The translations under genes were made by a program, and so were the position numbers. From Phoronis australis (Eukaryota; Animalia; Phoronida), in assembly GCA_002633005.1 (NCBI GenBank), contig NMRA01000118.1, positions 868,707-932,706 on the forward strand: a stretch of 64,000 bases of DNA, written 5' to 3'. The notes beneath the pieces are model-generated. The model did not search any database, was not told the DNA's origin, and saw nothing but the letters and a program-made list of their open reading frames with translations. Numbering within the stretch: position 1 is the first letter of the stretch; each line of letters begins with the position of its first letter. Positions 26,701-40,100 of this stretch are shown here, piece after piece.

Positions 26701-27393
26701 GCTTCTCAAATCATCTGCACTCACGAACACTCCAAAGGCATTACAAATTGCATCTAATGAGACAGACTTTGTTTCAGTTTTATATAAGTATTGTTTAGGG
26801 TGAGAATAATTCATTTTGAAACAGAACGCTCAGCAATGAACGCCAACATGGCAACTCACAATCCCGACTTAGGACGAGCTAGAGCTCATCAGTCCCGACT
26901 TCGCGGGTGAAACGTTAAGTTTTACAGGCTATCAATTCGAACAGGAATACAGTGATGAAGAAATACTAGAGAGGCGCCGTGAACAAGCTCAGACAACGGA
27001 ACGTATGGAGTTATTTGGTAAGCCGGCATCAGTCAGGCACTGCCGACTGCAGGCCACAGCACGAGATGTTTCACGGCCTCATACTTGCTATTTACAGCGT
27101 ACATTTCATTTTTCACTACCATGAGCCACTTCCTAAGCATTTCGGATTCTCGAGGAAGTAAAAAAACGATATACCCGCTTTCCTCGCAGCTGATTAGTTC
27201 GGACAAGCGGGAACGATGCACAGAAACATTCATTCTGCATATGAACCACTGACGTCGCTAGCGTCATTTCTCACCTTCTCACAGGTTAACGCGACACCTC
27301 TTGGCAAGGTAAGGTCGACCGTATGCGAAGCGATGTCGATATAGACCGATTACAACGGCAAAAAAGACTAATTAAATCGGGTGGCATTCTCCT
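23743..27393. mobile_element. Kolobok-type DNA transposon remnant (TTAA TSD, AGG...CCT termini), spanning an assembly gap
   Basis: TTAA|AGGAGCGTGCCACCC (23739-23757) and GGGTGGCATTCTCCT|TTAA (27379-27397) form a 15-bp TIR with 2 mismatches. Inside are a decayed THAP-like peptide (minus strand, ~24800-24890, CSRNTFHDDCF) and a divergent acidic ORF start at 26848-27017. Because of the gap, the two ends could belong to separate copies. Confidence 0.6.
24100..24758. other. Assembly gap (N run). A smaller gap lies at 14710-14741, and single Ns at 7428, 46570, 49846, 57331 and 59726
   Basis: N characters in the sequence. Confidence 0.99.
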
Positions 27394-27689
27394 TTAAGAG
27401 CAAGCTATATCTGCTGAAAATCTTCTAATCATCGCCATCTCTACGCCGATAACATTAAGCAATAGTGGCTCAACCTGGTCCAACAGTGCTGGGATGTGGC
27501 CTTAAATGTGAAACATTCTGCCGACTTGATTTGGCGACTTCTATTCTATAAAAAAGGTCAAACTGGACACTTGAGGCCTAATTAGAGTATGGCGTTATTA
27601 GTAACTATGACAATTGTCAAAGTCCTCCTCTCAAACCAGAATGGGCACACTCATCCCATCCACTTTCCAATGCCAGTATCGCGGATTGG

Positions 27690-28045
27690 TGAGGAAGTTT
27701 TTTGACATGGCAAGAATCAGCTGCACAGAAAGAAAGACCAACAAAGATGTTTGTAACTTGCTTAAAATTAAACCGTCACTTCTAAATACAATCCAAACAA
27801 GTAAACTGAAATACTTTGGTCACATCAATGTTGAAAGGCGTGACACCATCTGCAAGAACAAACAGGAAGGAAAACAGAAGGGCCGGATGAGAACAAGAGG
27901 TAGACAACGCAGAATGTGGCTGGACAACATCAAAGACTGGACAAATCTATTACTGCAAGGATGTACCAGAAAGGCAAATAGCAGAGTAGAATGGCGGATC
28001 ATTTCAAGTCGACCACTAAGGAGATGACACCCATGATGATGAAAA
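27690..28045 (+). mobile_element. 5'-truncated RTE-clade LINE 3' end
   Basis: KLKYFGHI..R...GK..GR.RTRGRQRRMWLDNIKDWT...ANSRVEWR is typical of the RTE ORF C-terminus. It is followed by a short (ATG)n tail at about 28033-28042. Confidence 0.8.
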
Positions 28046-28142
28046 AATTTAATGTTTACGTTTGCGTTTTTTATACACTGTACATGTAAGTGCTACAATA
28101 GTTTGGGCAAATCTATTCAGTGCTGTCGGCTGCAGTAAAAAC

Positions 28143-31100
28143 CTAGTCATCTTTCTCTGACAGTAGAGTTATAAGAGAGGCCACGTATTCCTTGTGTTCT
28201 TTTGAATCTTTTGGGTTGAGACAGACCTTATCCAGATCATCATTGGTTAACTTGTTCCAGTCGACTTTGGTCTTTGACCCTGGCTTGGATTGTAACCCAT
28301 TGCCGTGTTTTTTCGTTTTCGTTTTGTCTGTTTTCGTCCTGCTTAAACTTTTCTCGCTTCCCTTGGACGTAATGTCCGTTTTAGATTTAGATTTTTTAAT
28401 TTTAGTCTTCGCTGAAGTCGATTTCTTCGGCTCCAGATCTCCCTCTTTAATGCCCTGTTCAGATCCATTCGACATGACTTTCCTTAGCGGCGGAGATTCG
28501 GAAGTTAAGGGAGTCATCTTGGATATCGAAAAAGGCACAAAATGAACGGCATTCTGTTTGTCAGGGCCCCCGGCCTGTTCCATGCGGACTTCAGTGAGTC
28601 GCTGGTAGTTGCACGTGCAGTTCAAGCTGAGTCCTTCGATGCACATGTGCTTGAACTCGTGCACAAAGCTGAAGAATAAGACGACCAGAGCTAGAGCGCT
28701 TATCCAGTGACACAGAGCATCCACGTCATGGAGGGTTGGCAGTTCTAGCTGTAATGAGACAATCACAGTCGCGAGATGCGTAAACTTGTACCAGGACACC
28801 AGTGCATGCTAGGAACAAAGTAGACCCTGGAATTTTCGATTTGCATCTTTCTTTTATTCTTTAAAATAAACTTTTCATGAGGCAAAAAAATGTCTTATCC
28901 CACATGCGTTGAATCTGTCGAGTGCAATGCGACCATGTAATAATGTTTTCCGAATTCACCTCCCGCACTAGCTGTTGTGCGTGAACTTGGAATCCTGGCT
29001 GCGTAATCTCAAGATCGCGTATGCGTGAACTTGGAATTAAATATTCATTTGGGCAATCTGGTGAATTTTTTGCTCAGTGTAAAAGAATATTTGTAATTAC
29101 TGCCTTCATCATCACCCATTTTCTTCTTTAGTCTAACTTGTCTCAAAGAATCGGAGGAATATGTCAATGGTTAAATCAATTATTGTTTGATGAATAAAAT
29201 TGCCAATAGTTGGAGAAATATTGGTTAAAATTAACGTTATTTTATGAACATGTAATCTGATTTAGTACAGTGCAAATTTTTAGCAACGTGAGCGTGATTA
29301 TTTGAGTAAAGTTATCAAGTTTCCTCGTGTATTCCAAATTAACGCATACGCGATCTTGAGATAAAGCAAGATTCCAAGTTCACGCACAGCAGCACTACTC
29401 TAGTCAACTAATGCAACAAAGAATAATGTCGTAGCATCACCTAGCCTTGGTGGAAAGCTGTATACTATATTGGCTCTAATAAACGCTTAGAAAAATTCAT
29501 TTCACGAGGAGGGGACGCTTCTTGTAGCCTACGGCAGTTGAAACCCAGTTTCCCAAACGGGTAAAATCGGAAGCTAGAATTCATCAATTTACGCTCTGTG
29601 ACGTATTTGTAGTCTATGACAGTCTTTCTACAAAATTGTGGTGCATTTCTATCAAATTTCGTTCTTAAATTACGATATTTTTTTAAAAAATGTGCTCATC
29701 ACAGGGCGAAAACTTGCCGACTGATGCGTCGCTGAATCGCAATCGTCAATAGGAAACCTTGAATTCTTGAATAAAAATATAGTTTCGACTCAACAAATTA
29801 CCTGAAATCTTCCTTATGTTTTACAATTTTTAAAGTTCATGTGGAGTCCAGATTAATTGCGATTAAGTCCAAATCTGCGCTACATCGTACCCCACAACAC
29901 GAGAAAAATCTCTGGATGAACACACAAGTTGTTGTCACGTGACGTTTGTTTTGAAGTTCGTCTGCGTATGAGAGTGAGTGAGCGTGCGTGTGCGGGTCAT
30001 CGACGGTAGACTTTTTTGTTACAAAAGGCGAAGGATTATGCAAGAAAATGGCGTTTACTAGATTGTTTTTCACTTAAACGGCTGCAACGTGCAAGGTGAT
30101 CGAGTGCTGCTTAACTCACAGATTTTGGGTGCACAGGCCGACGGTCGTTAGTTCTACCGTGGAGTATTAATAGTCCAAGGCTCGATCTACATGTTGGGGA
30201 CGAGGTGACGAGGTGAACTACCCGGGCTGTGTAAAATTTCTGGGTCTAACGGAGACACTGACGCAGTGGTCAGCCAGCTTGCTGTATCAAGACTATAGTC
30301 AAAATCCAAATTCGTTTGATCGTGTCCCTGTCAATAATAGCGGCATGCTAAAGTTTCTTAATTTCCGTACTTCAGGAACATAACAATCACGTGTTTTGTA
30401 CACATACATGTACGCGCACGCCGCAGATCACTTCTCGGAAATTTCCGATTTGACGGATGACAATGAATGAGCACAATGAAATTAAACAACGTCGTTTTAC
30501 AGCTTGTAAGATTCACAATAAACGTATTTTGAATATTGCATTGCATGTGTTCCAAAATCTAAATAACTTGGGTCCTACATTTTTGTATTCGTGCGCGCCG
30601 AATGAAAGTAATCGCGAGTGTTGCTGTGTTGCAAAATCTCTTATCCTGGGCCGATTTGAAAAACTCAAAGTTGTACTCATATTTGTTTTCGCTCCTCTTT
30701 TCAAATGTTACAGTAAAAACTACGTAAAACTCTCTCCATAAAAAGTACAGTCTGCTAGGCTAGATCGTAATCAGCTGATCATATCCGCAAGAGCGAAGCC
30801 AAATTGTCCTCGCTCGTGCTCGAATGGAGCAGTTTGGTGGCATCCCTTTGATCGTGAGCCGAGCGCGATTCAGCCAAGGTGGATAAATACGGTTTAGTTA
30901 AATTTTCCAAACCCCACAGTTTACCCTGACAGCCGTTTGGACCAGTCTTATTTAGTGGGAATGTTTATAGCATGTCAGGCCACTTACTTCGCAGTGAAGA
31001 CGAAAATTGGCACGTGACTTTATATTCCATCTCACACTCGAAACATTTCTCAAGCTACCCGTAGCCTTTAACTGTTTAAAATATTTTCTACGGTCGTCAT

Positions 31101-34100
31101 CTACTCTTCCAAACCTCCAAAATACGAGCTAACCCATCTTTGCAACATACAAAAATAACTTTTTCAAGTGTGCATAATATACTCACCTTGGAAAGTTCAT
31201 TATCATTTTCCGATGCCTTTTGTTTCTTTCGTTTACTGTTATAAACCATATACAGAACTCCGCTGTAGACCCAAACTGTCAAATGCAAAATAACGACTTC
31301 ACTGTACATGTGAAAGGAACGTGTAAATTGACGATTCTTGTGACATGCGAGTTCGTAAGTGGTTTATATACATGTACATGTAATTTCTGAACTCAGACTT
31401 GGTTCCGACTGACTCAAAACTTTTATGTCACAAGATTCTTGTATAAACGTGCAAGCATTTGCCTAATTTTTGAGTCTGTTCTGATTTAACGAATACCGAT
31501 TGATCGACTTTCAAAAGTAGGGAAAGACCAAAATACAAACTATGGAAATTCAAACTAGAGTGACGCAAAGATGCGCCCATGACTGCACCGCAAACGATAT
31601 GCTTCGAGGGGTTTTTACATGTAGTATCACAAAAATGGCGGTTACAATCAAATGGTCTACTGGCGGAGCTAAAACTCCCTCGATAAAAAACAAGAGTTAA
31701 GGAATTCCAGACTTGTTAATTGCTAACGCGAACGGGATTTACTTGTTAAAGGCAAAGGCAACCCTGTCATGTCATTTTTAGCAAAAAATATGGTTCGTTG
31801 ATTATCCCAGACAAATGTTTTCCACTTAATTACAACTTTTCTTAATTTGATTAATTATTCGTTTTCTACTCCGGAAGTGACGTTTTAGGAGGCAAGGATT
31901 TCGCGCCAATTTCTTTTCCCGTAGTCTGACTACATGAACGTTGACGAGTCAGTCATAGATCTACCTCGGTTGTCATAAGTTCAGTCGTCGTTTGCTTTTG
32001 TTTACGAGTCAGTCAACATGCCACACTGTTGCTGCCTACCGGGATGTACTCATTACGGCCCAAAGCCTGTATGCAGCCCTGCTGCGATATTGAGTAGTGG
32101 GAGTGAATACAGGCCCCGTTCGACACACAGTGAAGAGGACAGTTCGTTGTTCAATGAACAGATCGGTGAGTCAAATTTTGAAAAGTTTATTGTGTTCTTG
32201 TCTAAAGTATTGGGGCTATTTAGAAGGTGCCAGGTGTGTGGCGAGGGTGTCACACGACGGGGTGTAAGCAGTTTGTGTGCTCAAGTCACTATCAGTGGGA
32301 GTGTGTCGCAGACACTCGGGCAAGTGAGGCAGTTGTTCCTCTGTCCGTGGGACGATAATGAGTACATCCCGGTACGCAGCAACAGTGTGGCATGTTGACT
32401 GACTCGTAAACAAAAGCACACGGTGACCGAACTTGTCAAAACCGCGAGATAGAACAACGAGTGACTGGGCAGCTCTCCCAGTCAGACTATACGAAAAGCA
32501 ATAGGCGGGAAATTCTTGCCTCCCAAAACGTCACTTCCGGAGTAGAGAACGAATAATTAATCAAATTACGAAAAGCTGTAATTAAGAGGGAAATATGTCT
32601 GGGATAACCAACGAACCTTATTTTTGCTTCAAAAGACATGGAAAAAGGTTGCCTTCGCCTTTAACGCGTGCGGGTTTGTCTCCTTTAGTGCGCTTGTCTT
32701 TTTCGCAACGAAGATGGATGTTCTCGTCGCGAGGTAGACCTACAAGTAACGCGACTGAGGCTGATAGGTCATGGAGTTGGTTAGACATGTACATAACCGT
32801 GGGTAAATACAGCAACTTGATCTTTTCATTTGTGCGTGAATATTATTCAGGAAATTGACACACGCAGTTGAATACATTACTGTTGCTGTCTTGTTGACAT
32901 ATTGTTATCGTCATGATTAGTTAACAGAGATAATGCAATGTTGAATGATTCCAGATAAGAACCCTGCGACTGACAAGGACTGATGTGGTGAGCGGACAGA
33001 TTCAGAGACTGTTTTCAGTCTGTTGTGAATTTCCTTTTGGAACCAAACATAAAAACTGATGCCCAGACAAATATTTAATTAACACGGATGCGCTCAGAAG
33101 TCACAGTTATTTCCAGTTTGTATGTTAGTGCACTATCGTTGACTTGTCCGATTTTGAATTTACTGACCATGAGACTACCAACGTTACCCTAAACATTTGC
33201 TCATTACCATAAAGTAGAATTGTGGAATTGCCGGTCTCCTCAGATGGCGACCGGTCTTATAATTGCCATTCTTCCACAACAATACAATATTGTGCTTTTA
33301 AAAGAAGTAGTAGATATTATGTTACCTGGTAAAAACAATGTTAAGAACCCAATGACTGATAAGCTCAGTCTCACATGACATAGGCTGCTGGAAGAGAAAT
33401 GCGGGAGCAACTTGTATCCTACTGCTGATTGGGTAATCAGGTAGATGTAGGTCATCGAATAACCAATGGCGGCGCCTAAATAGTGCATTGTGACGTTGAT
33501 CCTTCTGGAGTGTTGGCTCTTCACACGAAATATCAAATCCTAAGAAAAAATAGTTAGAAGTGAGTTTTTAAAGCAACGTGACAACTTGTGTGCATTCACT
33601 GAAAATACGAGTCCCCATTTTTAAAAATCTTGTTTTTCCTGACTTTCGGATGCGACTAGACTGAAACCCTGTCTGCAAAATGATTTAGTGCCAGGACGTC
33701 CTATAGGAAGGGTTGGGTTGGGACGTGGTACAAACTCACTCGGAGTACCTGCCCTACTGCGCAGGATAAATGAAAGAAGCAACGATTGTAGAAGAGAACG
33801 AACCGGGGACAAACACGGGGACACACAATGTCGGACAACTTGTAAAACAGCCTTTGGCTTTAACCATGATTTTGCTTATCAAAACATTATCTTTGGGCTT
33901 TGGTAGCTGAAATGCCCAATTTCTCACTTAGTAGTTGTACTTTTCACCATGAAATGGTTCAACTCGTAGCCAAAATGTACAAACGCAGAGGACTGGCGTG
34001 GTCCTTTCTTAATACTTTATACCGTCAGAGATCTTCTGCATACTCGACAACATCCTATGGTAGCATAATTTTAATATATAAATCGACTGCAAAGTACTTG

Positions 34101-37100
34101 AGCAGTGAAGCCACGATCTATGTTCAAGGTATTAGGAGTGTGGAGTGTGCCTCCGTCCGCAACAAAGCGAGTTTTCTCAGGAGAAAGTCAAGTTCATGAA
34201 AGATCTCGATAAATGACACGAGTGGTATGCGGTTAAGCTTGCATGTACCAACGTAGAGGTTTTTACCTCTTAAGGTGACACAAGCGTGTATTATACCTTT
34301 ATGTTACTGAAACTTGCCAAGAGTTATCTCTACAGATACACCTGTACCATTTAGGGGTATCTCAGGATCAAAAAGCATGGCATTAGCGATATGGGGTCCG
34401 AAAAGTGACCACTTAAGCCTTATGATAATTGGGCTTCATAAATTATGACTGCGTTGTATACGATAATTAATTGAAATTTCCCGATTGCTTTCCGGCTGGG
34501 CGGAGGGTTTCTAGGTACCTGTCGCAGTGATTATATTAGTCGATTTCGGTAAGCTGGTCTCGAGAGAGACAACAGATGAAACACGATGCCGAAAGATACT
34601 GCACCCTTGAAAATTTTTTCAGTAATAATTCTCATTTGTTTGGGACAGCTGAACGAAACTAATTTGCATATAACATAAGGTCATGAGACATATGCAAATG
34701 ACACTTATATACGAATTCAGTGTTTATATGTATTTTTGTAAATGACATTTCTAAAGACATGTTTCTGTAAATTGTGTTGACATTCACTGTGGATTTGTGA
34801 GCCAGTGAACACGGGTATGGATAACATGCGTTTTTATACACGTATTTCAGATAAGCTTGGTGTCAAACAGTGAGTTTAGAAAACTGTAAATCGATTTGAA
34901 AAATAATTTTTGACACAGTCATCAATCATAATCATTAAAACGTGTAGAAACGTTGATGTTCTGTTTAAATTTGACTACTGGAAAAGAGCGCGCTGAAAGC
35001 AATTCCGTTTTCTTGATAAGCACTGCAAATTTTAGAGACTTGTAGTGATGTTGATGACGGCGATATAGCATGTTTTGGATTCTACTCAACTTTAAACTTT
35101 TTTTGATGTACTCACCGAATAATTCGCTACGACACTCACACCGATAAACGCTAAAATGGACACAAAAAAGGAAACGTTGTTGGCCCTGTGAGCTGACGAG
35201 AACTCCGGCGTTCTAGGCACGAACGTCTGTATTTGCTTACATCTAAAAATCGCCGTTATAAGTCCTGCAAATATGTCGTAAAGTTACAGTTATAAACTAG
35301 AAAGATTATTGTCACGGTGCGACAATAGAGGACTCTGCACATGCGTATTACTGGAATTATTATGGGAAGTTACTGACAGCAACCCGTTTACCTTTGACCC
35401 TAGCCGGTGCATTATAAGCGTATTGAGGAGAAGTATTGCAAAGCCTGTGAAAAGTGTGTTTAATGCTGAGAATCACAGATGTCTAATGGTTGACACATCA
35501 GAATTCTTGGTGAATGAAAAGGACAAATTTTCAGAAAAAAATGCACCTAATGACCCCATGGTTGCACTAAATGACCTGAAACTTTGGATTTCGAATTGAA
35601 TTAGACGTACCAATCAAATTTGTGGTTTTGAAGTGTCTAGCTCAAAATTTTAGTTTGCATTCAATAACCTTTGACCTATTTTCTTTGATTGGGTGGCCCT
35701 ACTTCTTTGTAAAGTAGGGTATTTCATTGGCATGTAGATTTACACCAATGTGCTGGAACTGAAGAAAATTCCTTGAAAAATACAGAAAAAATAACCTTTT
35801 CAATAGAAGATGACCTTTGCACTTATTGACCCTATCCAGTGCATTACAAGCCCTTTTAGTAGAACTAACTGCAAAGTCCGTGAAAAGTATATTTATTGCT
35901 GAAAACCAGAGTTGTCTAACGGTTGACACATCAGAATACTTGGTGAATGAATAGGATAAATTTTCTGAAGAAAAATGCACCTAATGACCCCATGGTTGCT
36001 CTAAATAACCTGAAACTTTGGATTTCGAATTGAATTACCTGTACCAATCAGCCTTGTGAATTTGAAGTGTCTAGCTCAAAATTTTAGTTTGCACCTAATG
36101 ACCTTTGACCTGATTGATCTGATTGAATGATTTGATTACTTAGAAAAGTATTTTTTTAAATTTTCATGTTGACTTATACCTGTGCACCGAATTTGAAAAA
36201 GATAGCTTTTAAATGGAAGGAGGAATAGCATTTAGAAAATTATATGACCTTTGCACCAAATGACCCCTTCCGGTGCAATATGGAAGGTGATTAAAAACGA
36301 ATCAACATTTATTTACTGTCAAAAATCATATACTGAATTTAAAGAACGTACCTGCACTCCATTTGGAGTTATTAAGCCTCGAAGTTGGTCGGAAGAAGAA
36401 TAAGAAGAACTAGAAAGATTATTGTCACGGCGTCAAAATAACGGACTCTGTGCGTGCGTATTACTGGAATTATTATGGGTAGTTACTGACAGCAACCCGT
36501 TTACCAATATGAAAAGGAATTCTTTAAAGTTGTAGGAGAAATTACATATTAATTTTTTGATGACCTTTCCACTAATTGACCTCTTCCGGTGCATTATGAG
36601 CCCCTAAGAGGGAGTAATTGTTAACTCGATTAAAAGTGTTGTTAAATGCTAATAATCACATATGTTTTACTTTAAGCACTTCAGAATATAAGATGAATGA
36701 AGTGGTCAAACTTTCAGAAGAAAAATGCACCTAATGACCCCATGGGTGCACCAAATGACCTGAAAATTTAGAATTCACAATCAATCACACTTAGTAAACA
36801 GATACGTAATTCTGAAGTCTCTAGCTCAAAATTTTAGTTTTCACTCAATGACCTTAGACCTATTTTTTCTGATTGGTTAGGCCTATTGCAAAGTAAAGTA
36901 GGGTGCAATTGGCATTTTGACTTGCACCAGTGTGCTAAAATTGAAAAGAATTCCTTGAAAAACGTAAGACATATACCATTTTGAACGTTACATGACCTTT
37001 GCACTAATTGACCTTATCCGATGCATTTTAAGCATCTTTAGGAAAATTATTACAAAGCCCCTGAAAAATGTGTTTAACGCTGAGAATCACAGTTGTCTAA

Positions 37101-40100
37101 CGGTTGACACATCAGAATACTTGCTGGTTTAAAAGGTCTAATTTTCAGAAGAAAAATGCTCCTAATGACCCCATGTTTGCACTAAATGACCTGAAACTTT
37201 GGATTCCGATTTGATTTACCAGTGGCAATCAGTCCTGTCAATTTGAAGTGTCTAGCTCAAAATTTTAGTTTGCACCTAAAGACCTTTGACCTATTTCACC
37301 TGATTGGATAACCCGATTACTTATAAAGTAATTTTTTAAATTGTCATGTTGACTTATATCTGTGCACCGAATTTGAAAAAGATGGCTTTAAAACTAAAGC
37401 AGTAGTAGCATTTTGAAAATTATATGACCTTTGCACCAAACGACCTCTTCCGGTGCAATATGGAATATGATAATATAACCAATCAAAATTTATATACTGT
37501 CAAAAGTCATATGCTGAATTTCAAGAACGTACCTGCACCCATTTTGGAGTTATTAAGTGTCAGAGTTGGTTGGATGAAGAATAAGAAGAATAAGAATAAG
37601 AACTAGAAATATTGTCACGACGTGACAATAACTGACTCTGCGCGTGCGTATTACTGGAATTATTATGGGAAGTTACTGACAGCAACCCGTTTTCAATATG
37701 AAAAGGAATTCCTTAAAATTGTAGGAGAAATTACATATTAATTTTTTGACGACCTTTCCACTAATTGACCTCCTCCGGTGCATTTTGAGCCACGATGAGG
37801 AAGTAATTGTTAACTCGATTAAAAGTGAGCCCCTAAGAGGGAGTAATTGTTAACTCGATTAAAAGTGTTGTTAAATGCTAATAATCACAGATGTTTTACT
37901 TTAAGCACTTCAGAATACAAGATGAATGAAGTGGTCAAACTTTCAGAAGAAAAATGCACCTAATGACCCCATGGGTGCACCAAATGACCTGAAAATTTAG
38001 AATTCAAACTCAATCGCACTTAGTAAACAGATATGTAATTCTGAAGACTCTAAGTCAAAATTTAAGTTTGCACTCAATGACCAAAGTAAAGTAGGGTATT
38101 TAATTGCCATGTTGACTTACACCAGTGTGCTGATTGATGAGGTCAAATTGAGCCCCGATGAGGTAGTAATTGTTAACTCGATTAAAAGTGTGGTTAATTC
38201 TAATAATCACAGATGTTTTACTTTAAGCACTTCAGAATACAAGATGAATGAAGTGGTCAAACTTTCAGAAGAAAAATGCACCTAATGACCCCATGTTTGC
38301 ACTAAATGACCTGAAACTTTGGATGCCGATTTGATTTCCCTGTAGCAATCACACCTGTCAATTTGAAGAGTGTAGCTCAAAATTTCGGTTTGCACCTAAT
38401 GACCTTTGACCTATTTCACCTGATTGGATGACCCAATTACTTAGAAGTGTAAATTTTTAAATTGTCATGTTGACTTATACCTGTGCATGAATTTGAAAAA
38501 GATAGCTTTAAAACTGGAGGAGTAGCATTTTGAAAATTATATGACCTTTGCACCAAACGGCCTCTTCCGGTGCAATATGGAATATGATTATATAACAATT
38601 CAAAATTTATATACTGTCAAAAGACGCTGAATTTAAAGACCGTACCTGCACCCAATTTGGAGTTATTAAGCCTCAAAGTTGGTCGGAAGAAGAATAAGAA
38701 TAAGAATAAGAAGAATAAGAATAAGAATAAGAATAAGAATAAGAAGAATAAGAATAAGAAGAATAAGAATAAAATTGAAGAAAACCCAGGAACAACAGTA
38801 CTCTGCTCTTACACACGCAGAGTAATAAGAAGAATAAAATTGAAGAAAACTCAGGAACAACAGTACTCTGCGCTTACACGCGCAGAGTAATAAGAATAAA
38901 ATCGAAGAAAACCCAGGGACATCAATACTCTGCGCTTACACGCGCAGAGTAATGACCTCTTTACACGGTTTGCAATACCTGGCAGGGAACGGTATTTCCA
39001 GGGAACAGACAAACACCCACAGTTGTTTATTAACGGTTTTGGCCTCGCGAACGACTTGGGGATGGTTGATACGCGGAGCATCAATGAAATATTGATATAA
39101 AAATATCATGTGCAAATGTACACTGAACATTTAGAAATCTATCAGGGCTGATCGTATTCTAAGTCTATACATGTACGTTGACGTTGCGTGAATATATTCA
39201 GTGCGCTCATTCCTAGTCCTGTCGCTCGCCTGTGTGACTGGAGCTGCGAAAGGTTGAATAAGTGCGCAAGTCAACTCAGAAGTTTAGTTATCCACGTAAG
39301 CTTCAAACAAAATTCTTTATATTTACTGATCGCAAATTTATAATACGTGCAGACATAGGACTACCCAAACATTTCGTTTTACAAAAATTACGACGCCAGT
39401 GGACAAGATAAAGCGGACTTCGGTTGTAAATATTCAATGGACATTCGCATATTATTAAACATATAATATCTGATTCATAAGATGTATCTGAATTCCTAAC
39501 ACCCTCATGCTAGATGTCTAAACGTAAGAAGACTGGCTTTAAGGGCGTGCAAAATTACTCCATACACGTATGATTATACGTGTGCTGTTTATACAGAATA
39601 ATACATAAGTTACACACAAAACGTTTCATTGTGGGTAGAACCGTGTCATTTGGTCGTTCGGTGTAAACAAGAGCAAAAACAACATAAAATTATATTCAAT
39701 TGGAACCAGGAGACAAATGTCATGTAGTTGTGGGTAGCATTATAAAACCCGTCCAGATAAGGAGATGTTGGTGCTAATGTTAAACACTGGCGTAGACAGA
39801 AGCATTTAGATGGGGTTGAGAAAACGCAAACTTACTTATGGTAACTTAGGAGAAAGTTGGAATGGACAGGGGACCAAACACAAACTGCAAATGATGTTGC
39901 ACCGGTGGGAGGGTTTTTTGCAATAAACAAGGGAGTCACATCCCCGCTGCGCAACATGGCCAATGCCAATGTTTTGACTGCCTGTAGTCCTGCCACTAGT
40001 AAGATGTCAGATAGCTGGGGTGTAAAGTTGCCGACTAAGACATTATTCTAAAAAGCTGCTACAGCAAATGCCTTACCGCACACCGAGGCAAAATTAAGCA

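Noticed and set aside
28192-28545. Plus-strand ORFs overlapping exons, here and over the plastin exons
   Set aside because: Antisense shadows of real coding exons.
31097-31309. Independent small membrane-protein gene (MYSEVVIL...)
   Set aside because: Explained as DRAM exon 31187-31275.
38657-38890. Poly-KN and poly-IL ORFs
   Set aside because: Translations of the (AAG/AAT)n microsatellite.
39835-40048. Open minus-strand stretch with AG/GTAAGT ends as an extra DRAM exon
   Set aside because: Its phases do not fit between exons 40077-40144 and 35116-35264, which already join in frame, and it shows no family similarity.
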